A model generated the notes under the pieces. That model was not told the origin of the DNA. It saw nothing but the letters and a program-made list of their open reading frames with translations, and searched no databases. Positions 1 to 9,901 of a stretch of 64,000 bases of DNA are shown one piece after another (within the stretch, counting starts at the first letter, position 1; every line of letters begins with the position of its first letter). Position numbers and translations under genes: made by a program. Origin of the DNA: an uncultured Actinomycetota bacterium (GTDB lineage: Bacteria > Actinomycetota > Thermoleophilia > RBG-16-64-13); the NCBI GenBank assembly GCA_963822135.1, contig CAWGGI010000010.1, positions 385,674 to 449,673 of the forward strand. The letters run 5' to 3'.

Positions 1-1738
1 ACCGAGGCGTTGGGCGATGTCGCGCTCGCTGTCGTCCCCCTTAGCGAGCGCGACATCGCCGAGCTTCCCGACCTGATCCGGGCCACGAAGCTGCTGGGAC
101 CGTTTCGGGGGGCGCCTCCGGTCGACCGTGCAGTCGCTGGGAGACATCCTTCGGGCGATCGCGGCGATAGCGGCCGACTTTCCCGAGATCGCCGAGATCG
201 ACATCAATCCCCTGCTGGTGGCCGGCGGCCGGCCTGTGGCCGCCGACGCCCTCGTGATCCTATCTGCTGCGCACGGTGCGCCGACGGGATCCAGGCCGTT
301 CCCGCCCGACCTACGGGCGGTGCTGGCTCCGGACTCGGTAGCGATCATCGGTGCAAACGAAGACATCCGCAAATGGGGCGGGTCTGCCCTGCGGAACATC
401 CTCGACGGCGGCTACCAGGGCACCATATACCCGGTGAACCCCAAGGGCGGGGTGTTCTTCGGAGTCCACGCGTACAAGACCCTTGCCGAACTGCCTGAGG
501 CGCCCGATCTGGCCCTGCTTGCCGTCGGCGGCGCTCAGGTGAAAGGCGCGCTCGCGGATTGCGGCAAGCGTGGCGTCAAAGCTGCGGTCGTGCTGACCGC
601 CGGCTTCTCCGAGACCGGGGTCGAAGGCGCGGAGCACGAGCGCGAGATCCTGCAGGTCGCGGTCGATCACGGCATGACCCTCATCGGCCCCAACTGCATG
701 GGCCTGATGTCCAACGAGAAACGGCTGCACGCCACCGGGTTCGTAGCTCTGCATCCGCCCGCGGGCAAGCTCAGCTTCATCTCGCAGTCGGGCAGCATGG
801 GTCCCACCGTCATCAACATGTGCGAGCGGCGTGGCATCGGGATGAACAAGTTCATCAGCGTCGGCAACGAAGCCATGGTGAGCGCGTTCGACGTGCTCGA
901 CTATCTGCGCGATGACCCGGGGACCGAGTGCGTGACGCTCTATCTTGAGGGCATCGACGACGGGCGACACTTCATGGAGGCCGCCCGGCAGACCACTTGT
1001 CGCAAGCCGGTGGTGGTGCTCCGCGGCGGCCTCACCGACCTGGGCAGCAAGGCAGCGGCCTCGCATACGGGAGCGCTTGCCGGCTCGGCCGCCGTGTTTC
1101 AGGCGGCCGCGCGCCAGGCGGGAGTGGTGACCTGTGGCACCACGCAGGACCTGGTGGACCTGGGTGCCTGCCTCGCATATCTGCCGCTACCGAAGGGACG
1201 ACGTATCGCGGTGATCACCAACGGCGGCGGTCCGGGCGTGCTGGGCGCCGACGAGGTAGCGCTGAACGGACTGGAACTGGCCGAGCTGACGCCCGAGCTG
1301 ATAGCGGCTCTCGACGCCATCCTGCCCGCGTATTGGAGCAAGCGGAACCCTCTCGACCTGGTGGCAGCCGGACTCGGTGACATCGGCCTGCGAGCTCTCG
1401 AGCTCGTTGTCCGCTGCGAGACCGTCGATGCCGTCATGTCTCTCAATTTCCTGGGGATACCCAGCACGGCCGAGACCAGGGAGAAGCTTGCGAACGGAGA
1501 GTACGAAGGGTTCACGGCCTGGGAGACTGCGGTACTGCGCACGACCGCCGAACTCATGGAGGAGACCGGAAAGCCGGTGATCCACGTGCCCGACCACCCG
1601 GTGCACGGGTCCGTCCCGACGGCAGGTGACCGCTTCGTTCCCGTGGTACTCGCGTCTCCCCGTTCGGCCGCCCAGGCGCTTGCCAAGATGGCGTGGTACG
1701 GGGAATACAGGCGGCACGCCGGTGGAGGAAGACCGTGA
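1..1738 (+). CDS. ADP-forming acyl-CoA synthetase (acetate--CoA ligase [ADP-forming] family). ATP-grasp part is followed by the CoA-binding/CoA-ligase part. 5' end lies outside the window; one frame change near 127-130
   Basis: ORFs 10..498 and 128..1738 join as TEALGDVALAV..PPVDR / QSLGDIL..EIAEIDINPLL. CoA-binding and ligase motifs follow (VAIIGANEDIRKWGG, GPNCMG, SQSGS, ASHTGALAG). Clear paralogue of 12272..14422. Confidence 0.85.
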
Positions 1739-1816
1739 AGTCAGAGGGTTTGTCGGCTGGTATCCTGGTGTCGGCGGCAGGCACCTTCCGGGGGAAAGGT
1801 ATCTTCGAGCGGTTCT

Positions 1817-1847
1817 CCTTGACACCCATGGTTCAAAGGTCTATCGT
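1817..1847 (+). promoter_or_regulatory. sigma-70-like promoter candidate upstream of the first liv operon
   Basis: CCTTGACA (1817-1824), 17-nt spacer containing ATGGTTCAAA (1828-1837), TATCGT (1842-1847). Confidence 0.45.
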
Positions 1848-2036
1848 ATCTGCCAATCGCAGCCTGCTCGGAGAGGGTAAGGTAGCGCTCTTCGTGGCTG
1901 ACGTAGTGAGAAGGTCCTATAGTGACTCGCCGTGCAAGCGATGGTGGATCGAAGAGAGACGGCACGCAAGGGGGGCTCTCTTGAGCGACTGTGAGGCCGC
2001 CGTTGACACGGCGCAAGTGACCCCGGTTCCGGGGCT

Positions 2037-2938
2037 GTGCGGGGAGGCCGGGGTCGATGGATAAGTTGGCTTCAACTCCTTGTCACCGGGATTACGATGG
2101 GGTCGGTGTACGCCCTCATCGCCCTGGGGTTCGTGACCATCTATCGATCCTCCCGCATCGTGAACATGGCCCAGGGCAGTTTCGTCATGTTCGGCGGACT
2201 CTTCACGTTCAGCATGTTCATGGAGATCGGGATGCCCTACTGGCTGGCGGCCATCATCGGGATCGTCCTGGTGGTGATCGTGGCGATTCTCATGTGGGTG
2301 GTCGTGCTCAAGCCGGTCCTCAAGATCTCGCTGGTGTCGATGATCCTCTGTACGGTGGCTCTGAGCCTGCTGTTCGAGAACCTCTCTCTTGTCAAGTACG
2401 GCGGCTACACCAAGACGCTGCCGGCTTTCGGCGGAGACAAGACCTTCCAGGTGGGCGGCGTCTACATCAGCGTGCAGAGCTTCTACATCATCGGTATCAC
2501 GGTAGTCGTGCTGGTCGCCCTCTACTTCCTCAACAACCGCACCACTCTCGGCAAGCGGATGACCGCCACCGCCACCAACCCGATGGCCGCCAGCCTCTCC
2601 GGCATCAACGTCGCCCGGATGATCACGGTCTCGTTCATCATCAGTGCCGCGATCGGCGCTATCGGCGGCATAGCCATCTCCAGCTACGTGGGCGGGATCA
2701 GCTACGCCTCCGGCGGTATCTACGGGATGATGGGCTTCATCGCTGCGGTTCTCGGAGGCTGGGGTTCCAGCACCGGCGCTGTCGTCGGTGGCCTCGTCCT
2801 GGGTATCGCCCAGGCGCTAGCCACTGGTCTCGTCCGGCTGGCTACAAGAACGTCGTGGCCTTCATCATCCTGCTCATCGTGCTCTACTTCAGGCCCCAAG
2901 GGCTTCTGGGCACCAACATCCCGGAGGGTGAGGCCTGA
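2037..2938 (+). CDS. livH: branched-chain-amino-acid-type ABC transporter permease (LivH family). Frame change near 2836; start is 2037 (GTG) or 2057 (ATG)
   Basis: LQLLVTGITMGSVYALIALGF..IVNMAQGSF.. in ORF 2037. The C-terminus AGYKNVVAFIILLIVLYFRPQGLLG is in the frame of ORF 2057. The stop overlaps the next ATG (ATGA at 2936-2940). Confidence 0.85.
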
Positions 2939-4880
2939 TGGCGGCCGAAGTGAAGACTCAGGTGCACAGCTCCGAAGCGCCGGCGCGGCGTCTATGGACT
3001 GGACCGCGTACTCATGTCGCCACCATCGCTAAGGTCCTGCTGGTCGTCGTCCTGCTGTCTTCCCGATCATCTACAGGTCGGTCTCGATGACAGCTATGCT
3101 TCAACGTGATGAGCCAGGCCGGTCTCTACGCCATCATCACGCTGCCGTGGGCCTGGTCCTGGGCCAGGCGGGACAGCTCTCCTTCGGGCACTCGGCCTTC
3201 TACGGCATAGGCGCCTACACGTGCGGCCTGCTGAACCTCAAGTTCGGCGTGCCCACCTTCTGGGCCTGGGTAGCCGGCGCTGCAGCGGCCGGTGTGGTGG
3301 CGCTCGATCATGGGGCGCCCGGTGCTCAAACTCAAGTACTTCTACCTGGCTCTCGCCACCATGGGCTTGGGTCAGATCTTTCTGGCCATCGTGTTCGAGT
3401 GGAAGTGGGGCGGCGCCTCCAACGGTTTCGGCCCGGTCGATCCTCTCAACATCTTCGGGTTCGAATTCGGATCGACCTGCGCAAGTACTACCTCATCTGG
3501 GTAGTGGCCATCATCATCCTCCTGTTCCTCTCGCGGTTGCTCAAGTACCGGGTAGGCCGGGCGCTTCGGGGTCTGGCTATCAGCGAGATCGCCTCGTCGA
3601 CCCTGGGCGTGCGCAACGCCAACTGGAAGCTCCTGGCCTTCGTCTTCAGCGCGGTCTTCTGCGGTATCGCCGGCGGTCTGTTCGCCTTCCTATACGGCGC
3701 AGTCTCGCCTCAGAACTTCTCCTTCTCGGCCTCGGTGCTGCCCATCGTCATGATGCTGGTGGGCGGGGACAGGAGCATTTGGGGCAGTGTCATCGGTGCG
3801 GTCATCATGACCTGGGTCGTCAACGGCTTCTCGCAGAGCATGCTGCAGTACAACGGCACGGTCTACTCCGTGATCATGATCCTGCTCCTGCTGTTCCTCC
3901 CCGCCGGGCTTCTCGGCCTGCGGCCCAAGATGGCCAAGCGTCTGTGGGCCAAGATCAAGAACGAGGAGCTTGAAGAAGCCCCCGTCGAAGCTACGGCCTC
4001 CCCTGATGCCGGTGACGCAAACCTCACTCCCGCTGTGGCCACCTCCGTTTCCGGCGCCGCAGGGCCTCAAATCGGCGGACTCCTACGCGAGGACCTTGCC
4101 CGCCAGAAAGCCGAGTCGCACTCGGCCGGCCCGCTTCTTCGTGTCCAAGACGTATCCGTGCACTTTGGCGGCCTCAAGGCGGTCAGCGAGGTCTCCATAG
4201 AGGTGCAGGAGGGCACCATCACCGCCCTTATCGGTCCCAACGGCGCCGGCAAGACCACCTTGTTCAACGCCGTCAGCCGCCTGCAGGAGCTCACCTCGGG
4301 CCGTATCTGGTTCGGCGACACCGAACTCACCAAGCTCGATCCGGCGAGCACCGCCCGCCTGGGTATGGCCCGCACCTTCCAGAATCTACGCATCTTCGTG
4401 AACATGAGTGTTCTCGAGAATGTTCTCGTGGGTTGTCACCGGCACGAGAAGTCGGGCTTCTGGTCGGGCGGCTTGGGACTTCCGTCGCAGCGACGTGAAG
4501 AGAAGCGCTCCCGTCAGCGCGCGCTGGACGCGCTGGAACTGGTGGGCCTGAAAGAACAGGCGATGCTGCCTGCATCCAGCCTTCCCTATGGCCAGCAACG
4601 TCTGGTGGAGATCGCACGGGCCCTGGCGTCCGAGCCTCGCCTCCTGCTCTTGGACGAACCGGCAGCTGGGATGAACGCCAGCGAGCGCGAGTATCTCATC
4701 GCTCGGATCTCAGACGATCCGGGATGCGGGAGTCACCGTGCTCCTGGTCGAGCACGACATGGGTCTGGTCATGGACATCTCCGACGAGGTCAACTGCCTC
4801 GATTATGGGAAGCTCATAGCCTGCGGCATCCCCGAAAAGATCCAGAAGGACGAGAAGGTGATCGCCGCTTATCTCGGTGT
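2938..4880 (+). CDS. fused LivM-type permease / LivG-type ATPase. Several frame changes (about 3000-3150, 3300, 3470, 4720); no stop before the LivF-like domain
   Basis: Permease motifs AGQLSFGHSAFYGIGAYT and IDLRKYYLIWVV..LGVRNANWKLLAFVFSA. A roughly 60-aa linker follows, then the ATPase with Walker A GPNGAGKTT, signature LPYGQQRLVEIARAL, Walker B LLLLDEP, and the end VIAAYLG. Confidence 0.8.
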
Positions 4881-4952
4881 AGACCGGGGCGAGGTGGACC
4901 TCTGCGCCACGCGTGATCTGGTCGACGGGGAGAGCTGTCCGTTGCCGGAAGA

Positions 4953-5664
4953 CATGCTGGTGGTGGAGGACCTGGTGACCTCGTACGGCTCCATCGAGGC
5001 GCTCCATGGCGTATCACTCGCCGTGCACAAGGGGATGGTGGTCGCCGTCCTCGGAGCGAACGGTGCCGGCAAGAGTACGCTGCTGCATACCATCTCGGGC
5101 ATTGTCCACCCGAATGACGGCCATATCCGCTTCCAGGGCGTGGACATCACCAAAATGGCGCCCGAGAAGATCGTCACCATGGGAATCTGCCAGGTCCCCG
5201 AGGGCCGGCAGCTGTTCCCGAGCCTCACCGTGGAGGACAACTTGGTTGTGGGCGCGACCGGCCGTAAGGATCGCAGCAGTCTGTCCGACGATATCGCCTA
5301 TGTCTACGAGCTGTTCCCCATCTTGGGCGAGCGGCGCAAACAGGAGGCGGGCACGTTGTCCGGAGGCGAGCAACAGATGCTTGCTATCGGGCGCGCCCTT
5401 ACCGGGCACCCCACTCTCCTGCTGCTGGACGAGCCTTCGATGGGTCTCGCTCCGCTGGCGGTGGAGCGGATATTCGAGGCTCTGGCCAAACTGAACAAAG
5501 AGGGTCTCACCATGCTCATGGTGGAGCAGAACGCCGAGATGGCGCTCTCGCTCGCCCATAACGCGGTCGTGCTCCAGACGGGCAACGTGGCCCTGTCCGG
5601 CACGGCCACCCGACTTAGGCAGGATGACCGCGTGCGCGCCAGCTATCTGGGCGGCCAAGGATGA
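4953..5664 (+). CDS. livF: LivF-type ABC ATPase. In frame with, and not separated by a stop from, the upstream LivG domain
   Basis: MLVVEDLVTSYGSIEALHGVSL, Walker A GANGAGKST, signature LSGGEQQMLAIGRAL, Walker B LLLLDEPS. Internal Met at 4953 within ORF 4738..5664. Confidence 0.8.
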
Positions 5665-5735
5665 TGGCGCGCCGACGGTCGTTTTGGCATAGAGGCAGTA
5701 AGGGGCAAGAAGCAGTTAACAAGGAGGAGGCAGTA

Positions 5736-7103
5736 ATGAAGAAAGGGTACTGGATAGCCCTGGGGCTGGTCCTGGTGCTCGCCCTCGGTATCTTTGCCGC
5801 GGCATGCGGCGAAGCCGAGGAGACCACCACCACCGCCGGGCCCACCACCACCGCGGCTCCGTCCACCGACACCACAGCGGCTCCGTCCACCGACACCACC
5901 GCGGCTCCGTCCACCGACACCACGGTGGCCGCCGGCCCGCTCAAGATCGGGATCTCGATCTCGCTGACCGGTGACAGCGCCGCTCCGTGCGCGCAGATCA
6001 AGCAGGGCTTCGACACCGAAGCCAAGTTCATCAATGCCAACGGGGGCATCAACGGCCGTCAGGTCGAGCTGACCTACGTCGACGACCAGTCCAAGATGGA
6101 TACGGCTGTGGCCTCCATCAAGCAGCTGATCGACCAGGAGATGGACGTCATCATCGGCCCGTTCCCGCAGTGGACGCAGGCTCCTACCCGGCCGCTCACG
6201 GAAGAGGCGGGTATCCTGCACATCACCTTCGGCCCGCCGACCCTGGCCGAGCTGAATGAAGACCAGACCAAGTACACGTACTCCTTTGGTCCGGCCACCG
6301 GCCCTGACGGCTGCGCCGATGCGTTCCTCAAGGAGATGCTCGCGGACGCCAAGAAGAATGTCCTCGGCATCGGTGACCAGATGGTCATCAGCCAGGAGAC
6401 TCTGAAGGTCCTCGAAAAGAGTCTGCCGGCCGCCGGCGTCACGTTCACGCTCATGAGCGACAGCTGGGGCCTCGGCGAGACAGACGTCACCCCGATCGCC
6501 AACAAGATCGCGGCGAAAGCCAAAGAAGTGAACCCCGACGCGATCATCCTGGCCAGCAACCCCGTGCATGTGAACCCGCTGGCCGCCAAGCTGAGAAGTC
6601 TGGGCATCAAGACGCCTATCTACAACCAGGCGTCCGGCTCTCATCCGCTGCCCCTGTTCGCCCCGGCCGGTAACGATCCGGCGAACGTGGCAGGCGACTT
6701 CACCTTCGGTCCGGCCATCGTGGATCCGACCAAGATCCCCGACGACTATCCCGCCAAGCAGGACCTCATCGCCTTCGTGGAGCGGTGGCGTGCCGACAAC
6801 CCGAAAGAGCCGTTTGCCAGCCTGTTCCTCGGCTTCGCCTACGACACCATCCACCTCGCTGAGGCCGCCATCACGACCGCCACTGAGCAGACGGAGGCCG
6901 GCTGGGCCGCCGCCATGGAAAAGATCGATTGGTGGGGTGCCCAGGGGCACTATGTCATCACTGACACCGACCACGTCGGCAACCACGGTGGCTTCTTCCA
7001 GTGGCAGTACACGGTGGACCAGGGCTTCAAGTTCGTCCGTGACCTCAACAACATGGCTCCCCTGAGCCAGGAAACCATCGACGCGGTGGCTTCGTTCAAG
7101 TAA
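5736..7103 (+). CDS. LivK-family (periplasmic-binding type I) substrate-binding lipoprotein
   Basis: RBS AAGGAGGAGG, then signal peptide plus lipobox (LGIFAAAC), a Thr/Pro-rich linker, and PLKIGISISLTGD.. typical of Leu/Ile/Val-binding-like proteins. Confidence 0.85.
   Translation: MKKGYWIALGLVLVLALGIFAAACGEAEETTTTAGPTTTAAPSTDTTAAPSTDTTAAPSTDTTVAAGPLKIGISISLTGDSAAPCAQIKQGFDTEAKFINANGGINGRQVELTYVDDQSKMDTAVASIKQLIDQEMDVIIGPFPQWTQAPTRPLTEEAGILHITFGPPTLAELNEDQTKYTYSFGPATGPDGCADAFLKEMLADAKKNVLGIGDQMVISQETLKVLEKSLPAAGVTFTLMSDSWGLGETDVTPIANKIAAKAKEVNPDAIILASNPVHVNPLAAKLRSLGIKTPIYNQASGSHPLPLFAPAGNDPANVAGDFTFGPAIVDPTKIPDDYPAKQDLIAFVERWRADNPKEPFASLFLGFAYDTIHLAEAAITTATEQTEAGWAAAMEKIDWWGAQGHYVITDTDHVGNHGGFFQWQYTVDQGFKFVRDLNNMAPLSQETIDAVASFK
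5853..5924. repeat. 3 x 24-bp tandem repeat inside the SBP linker (encodes AAPSTDTT x3)
   Basis: gcggctccgtccaccgacaccac[a/c/g] occurs three times in direct succession. Copies differ only at the last base. Confidence 0.95.
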
Positions 7104-7480
7104 CAGCCGCGCTGATCTGACGACTCAGTGATGAGTCCGGGGCGGCTCGCGGGAAACCGCGAGTCGCCCCTTTTTCATGGGTACCGCCGCCGCTACCGCT
7201 CGGGTAGTTCGTCTCCCAACGCCGACCAAGGGAGAAGGCCAACGGCAGCGCCGCCAAGTGGAGATCGAGCATGGGATGGTCCACGCGGGCCTCCCACCAC
7301 ACGAAAAGGCTTCCCAGCAGCGCTGTGCCGACCAGCAGGCCTATGATGGCCGGGGATCCCCACCACCGAAGCGTCCAGGATGCCGAGGATCAGGCCGGTC
7401 GAGACGGCAGCTAGCACCAGCCACTTGTGGGGATGACCGTCTTGGAGCTGGTCGGCCGAGTCTGGAATCGGGTCCCGCAT
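7096..7480 (-). pseudogene. probable remnant of a DHA2/EmrB-type MFS transporter (TM1-like piece joined to a mid-protein piece; one frame change)
   Basis: Minus-strand reading MRDPIPDSADQLQDGHPHKWLVLAAVSTGLILGILDASVVG, then after a +1 shift SPAIIGLLVGTALLGSLFVWWEARVDHPMLDLHL. Both resemble conserved DHA2 segments, but only about 115 codons remain. Confidence 0.4.
7139..7175 (+). terminator. rho-independent terminator after the first liv operon
   Basis: GGGGCGGCTCGCGG-GAAA-CCGCGAGTCGCCCC (14-bp stem with one G-U pair) followed by TTTTT, 36 nt after the SBP stop. Confidence 0.85.
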
Positions 7481-7606
7481 CGTCTCTCTGTGGTCCGAGT
7501 GGTGTGCGGCGGGCGCCTCCACCAGCCTCATCCCGCCGGGTCGAGGATACCTGTTACTATGGGGGAGTACATAATGGATAAACCACATTACCAAAGGAGG
7601 GTTGCC

Positions 7607-8373
7607 ATGGCCGATAGATTGAAGGGCAAAGTCGCGGTAGTGACGGGGGCCGGCGGCCTGGGGATCGGACAGGGCTGCGCTCTCATGTTCGCCCGCGAGG
7701 GCGCCGACGTGGTGGGCTGCGACATCGATCAGGCCGCTGCCGACGAGACTCTGGCCATCGCGAGAGCGGAAGGTCTCTCCTACGAGAGCTTCATCGCCGA
7801 TCTCACCGACCCCGAAGCCAGTGATCACCTCATGAAGTTCGCGGTCGACCGCTTCGGCGGGCTCGACATTCTCGTGACGGCGGCGGCGTTCGTGGAGTTC
7901 GCCCCCATCGAGGAGTTCGACTACGAGAAGCACTGGAAGCGCACTCTGCAGGGCGAGCTGGATCTGGTCTTCCTGCCCTGCAAGGCGGCCTGGAACCACA
8001 TGAAGGCGCGGGGGGCGGCTCCATCATCAACTTCGCCTCCGCCAACGCCTACGTGTCGCTGCCCAGTGGGGCTCTGGCCCATTGCGCCACCAAAGGCGGG
8101 GTGCTGGCCATGACCCGGCAACTCGCGTCGGAGGGGGCTCCGCACCACATCCGCGCCAACACCATCTCGCCGGCGCTCATCGTCACCTCTCACACCAAGG
8201 AGCGGCTCGACCACGAGCCGGGCTTCAAAGAGATGGTGATGAAGTCGATCATGCTGGACCGGCTGGGCACGCCCGAAGACATCGGCTACTGCGCCACGTA
8301 CCTGGCGTCCGACGAGTCGGGCTGGGTGACCGGGGCGGACATCCGGGTCGACGGCGGCGCCACCGCGTTCTAA
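7607..8373 (+). CDS. short-chain dehydrogenase/reductase (SDR); frame change near 8020-8050
   Basis: RBS AAAGGAGGG. KGKVAVVTGAGGLGIG (Rossmann motif), catalytic region ..AHCATKGGVLAMTRQLA.., C-terminus GWVTGADIRVDGG. Confidence 0.85.
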
Positions 8374-8423
8374 CGGCGGTCAGAAGCAGGCCGCAGTCGT
8401 AAGCAGGCTTGAGTACGGGAGGC

Positions 8424-8900
8424 ATGATGGACATCCCCAGAATGGAGCTGAAGTCTGAGTTCCTCTACCGCGCCCATGTCGACGTGGAGGGCTTCTACGA
8501 GGTGGGCGAGACGTTTCGTGGCCGGCGCACCATCGTGCGCGTGAAGGGTGGCTGGTTCGAGGGGCCCCGCCTCAAAGGCGAGATCCTCCCCGGGACCGGC
8601 GACTGGTTCATCGTCCGGCCCGGCGGCGTGGCCGAGGGTGACGTTCGCGACGCCTATCGGACCGACGACGGTCACGTGATCTACGTGAGCTATCGGGGCA
8701 TCATCGCCGCTGCGCCCGAGGTCTGGGAACGGCTCGGCCGGGGCGAAGACCTGCCCTACACCGAGTACTACGCCCGCATGCAGCCCATGTACGAGACGGC
8801 GACGGACAGCCCGTACGCCTGGCTCAACAACATCCTCGCCGTCAGTGTCGGCAAGCAGGAGGCCATGGGTATCACGTACGACGTCTACCAGATCCTGTAG
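8424..8900 (+). CDS. DUF3237-family protein
   Basis: RBS GGGAGG. FLYRAHVDVEGFYEVGETFRGRRTIVRVKGGWFEGPRLKGEILPGTGDW matches my memory of the DUF3237/UPF0311 pattern. Confidence 0.55.
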   Translation: MMDIPRMELKSEFLYRAHVDVEGFYEVGETFRGRRTIVRVKGGWFEGPRLKGEILPGTGDWFIVRPGGVAEGDVRDAYRTDDGHVIYVSYRGIIAAAPEVWERLGRGEDLPYTEYYARMQPMYETATDSPYAWLNNILAVSVGKQEAMGITYDVYQIL

Positions 8901-8944
8901 ACCGGCGCCGGGAGCGGCGCAGGCAAGGCGCGAAAGGAGGAGCG

Positions 8945-9803
8945 GTGCTCAAGTTCATGCTGGCGGCGAGGCGCAGACCGGACACGCCCCAAGAGCGGTA
9001 CTTCTACGAATGGGGCATCATCCATGTGTCGCTGATGCTGCAGACGCCCTCGGTGATGGACAGTTTCCGCCGCTACGTGCAGCACTACTCCATCAGTGGC
9101 GTCACCGACGACATGCTCATCTATCCCCTGTCGCCCATGGCCTGGGACAACATGGCCGACCATGTGGTCGACGACTACGAGGCCATCGGTCTGCCGTTCA
9201 AGGACCAGGACTACCCCAATCGCATGCAGCCCCACAAGTTCGGTGACGACGCCTTCGCCGTGGAGCTGCTCGACTGGGAGACGCTCTACGAGGAACCGGG
9301 CTTCTACGCGGGCGGGGTCAAGCTGATCCACTGGCTGCGCAAGCGGCCCGAGCTGTCCCACGAGGAGTTCAACGCCATGTGGCGCGACCATGGGACGAAG
9401 ATGCTGGAGGCCGTCCCAGCCGGGCTGGTTCGCAAGCTGGTGATCGACAAGCACGTGCCCATGGATCCGGCGGTCTTCAAAGGCACGCTCTTCCAATTCG
9501 GCAACGTGGGTCGTTACGCCGGCGTGGAGGAGATCTGGTTCCGCAGCCTCGACGACCTGTCCGTCCTACGCAAGCGACCCCGCTCTCCATCGGGTGCTGC
9601 GCGAAAGCTATGACGGGTTCGTCGACCCGGACGACACTTTCGCGATGGTCACCACCGAGCGTGTGGTCTACGACTTCATCACGCCCGGGCACATCTCGCC
9701 CAAAGCGTCGGTGCTGATCCCGGGGACCCTGGAGCATCAGGTCGACAAGCAGGGCTACAACGGTTGGAACGTCCCCGGCTGGGACAAGGACCTGTACACG
9801 TAG
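8945..9803 (+). CDS. tandem EthD-like (dimeric alpha/beta barrel) domain protein; frame change near 9590
   Basis: MLKFMLAARRRPDTPQERYFYEWGIIH.. and a second unit LIHWLRKRPELSHEEFNAMWRDHG... The C-terminus continues in ORF 9594..9803. Confidence 0.5.
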
Positions 9804-9820
9804 CGGAGGCCGGACGGTTC

Positions 9821-9892
9821 GGCCGGCGCGGACCCGGTGGCCGGCGCGGACCCGGTGGCCGGCGCAGACCCGGTGGCCGGCGCGAACCTCGT
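9821..9892. repeat. 4 x 18-bp tandem repeat between convergent genes
   Basis: ggccggcgcggacccggt x2, then ggccggcgcagacccggt, then a degenerate ggccggcgcgaacctcgt. Confidence 0.9.
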
Positions 9893-9901
9893 GACGGTCC
9901 G

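Noticed and set aside
1848-2036. Roughly 200-nt 5' UTR before the first liv operon as a possible riboswitch or T-box.
   Set aside because: I found only generic hairpins (e.g. AAGAGAG..CTCTCTT) and none of the T-box or glycine/amino-acid riboswitch core motifs I can recognise by eye. A covariance-model scan would be needed.
5643-6986. Long antisense ORFs opposite well-supported genes, e.g. 5643..6986(-), 19695..20792(-), 21720..23258(+), 29794..31524(-), 38979..40418(+), 57122..58489(-).
   Set aside because: Their translations are Arg/Gly/Pro/Ala-rich low-complexity sequences with no recognisable motifs. These are typical shadow ORFs of a high-GC genome, and the opposite strand carries clear homologues.
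5853-9892. Whether the tandem repeats at 5853-5924 and 9821-9892 could be CRISPR arrays.
   Set aside because: The units are directly adjacent with no spacers, there are only 3-4 copies, one lies inside a CDS, and there are no cas genes in the window.
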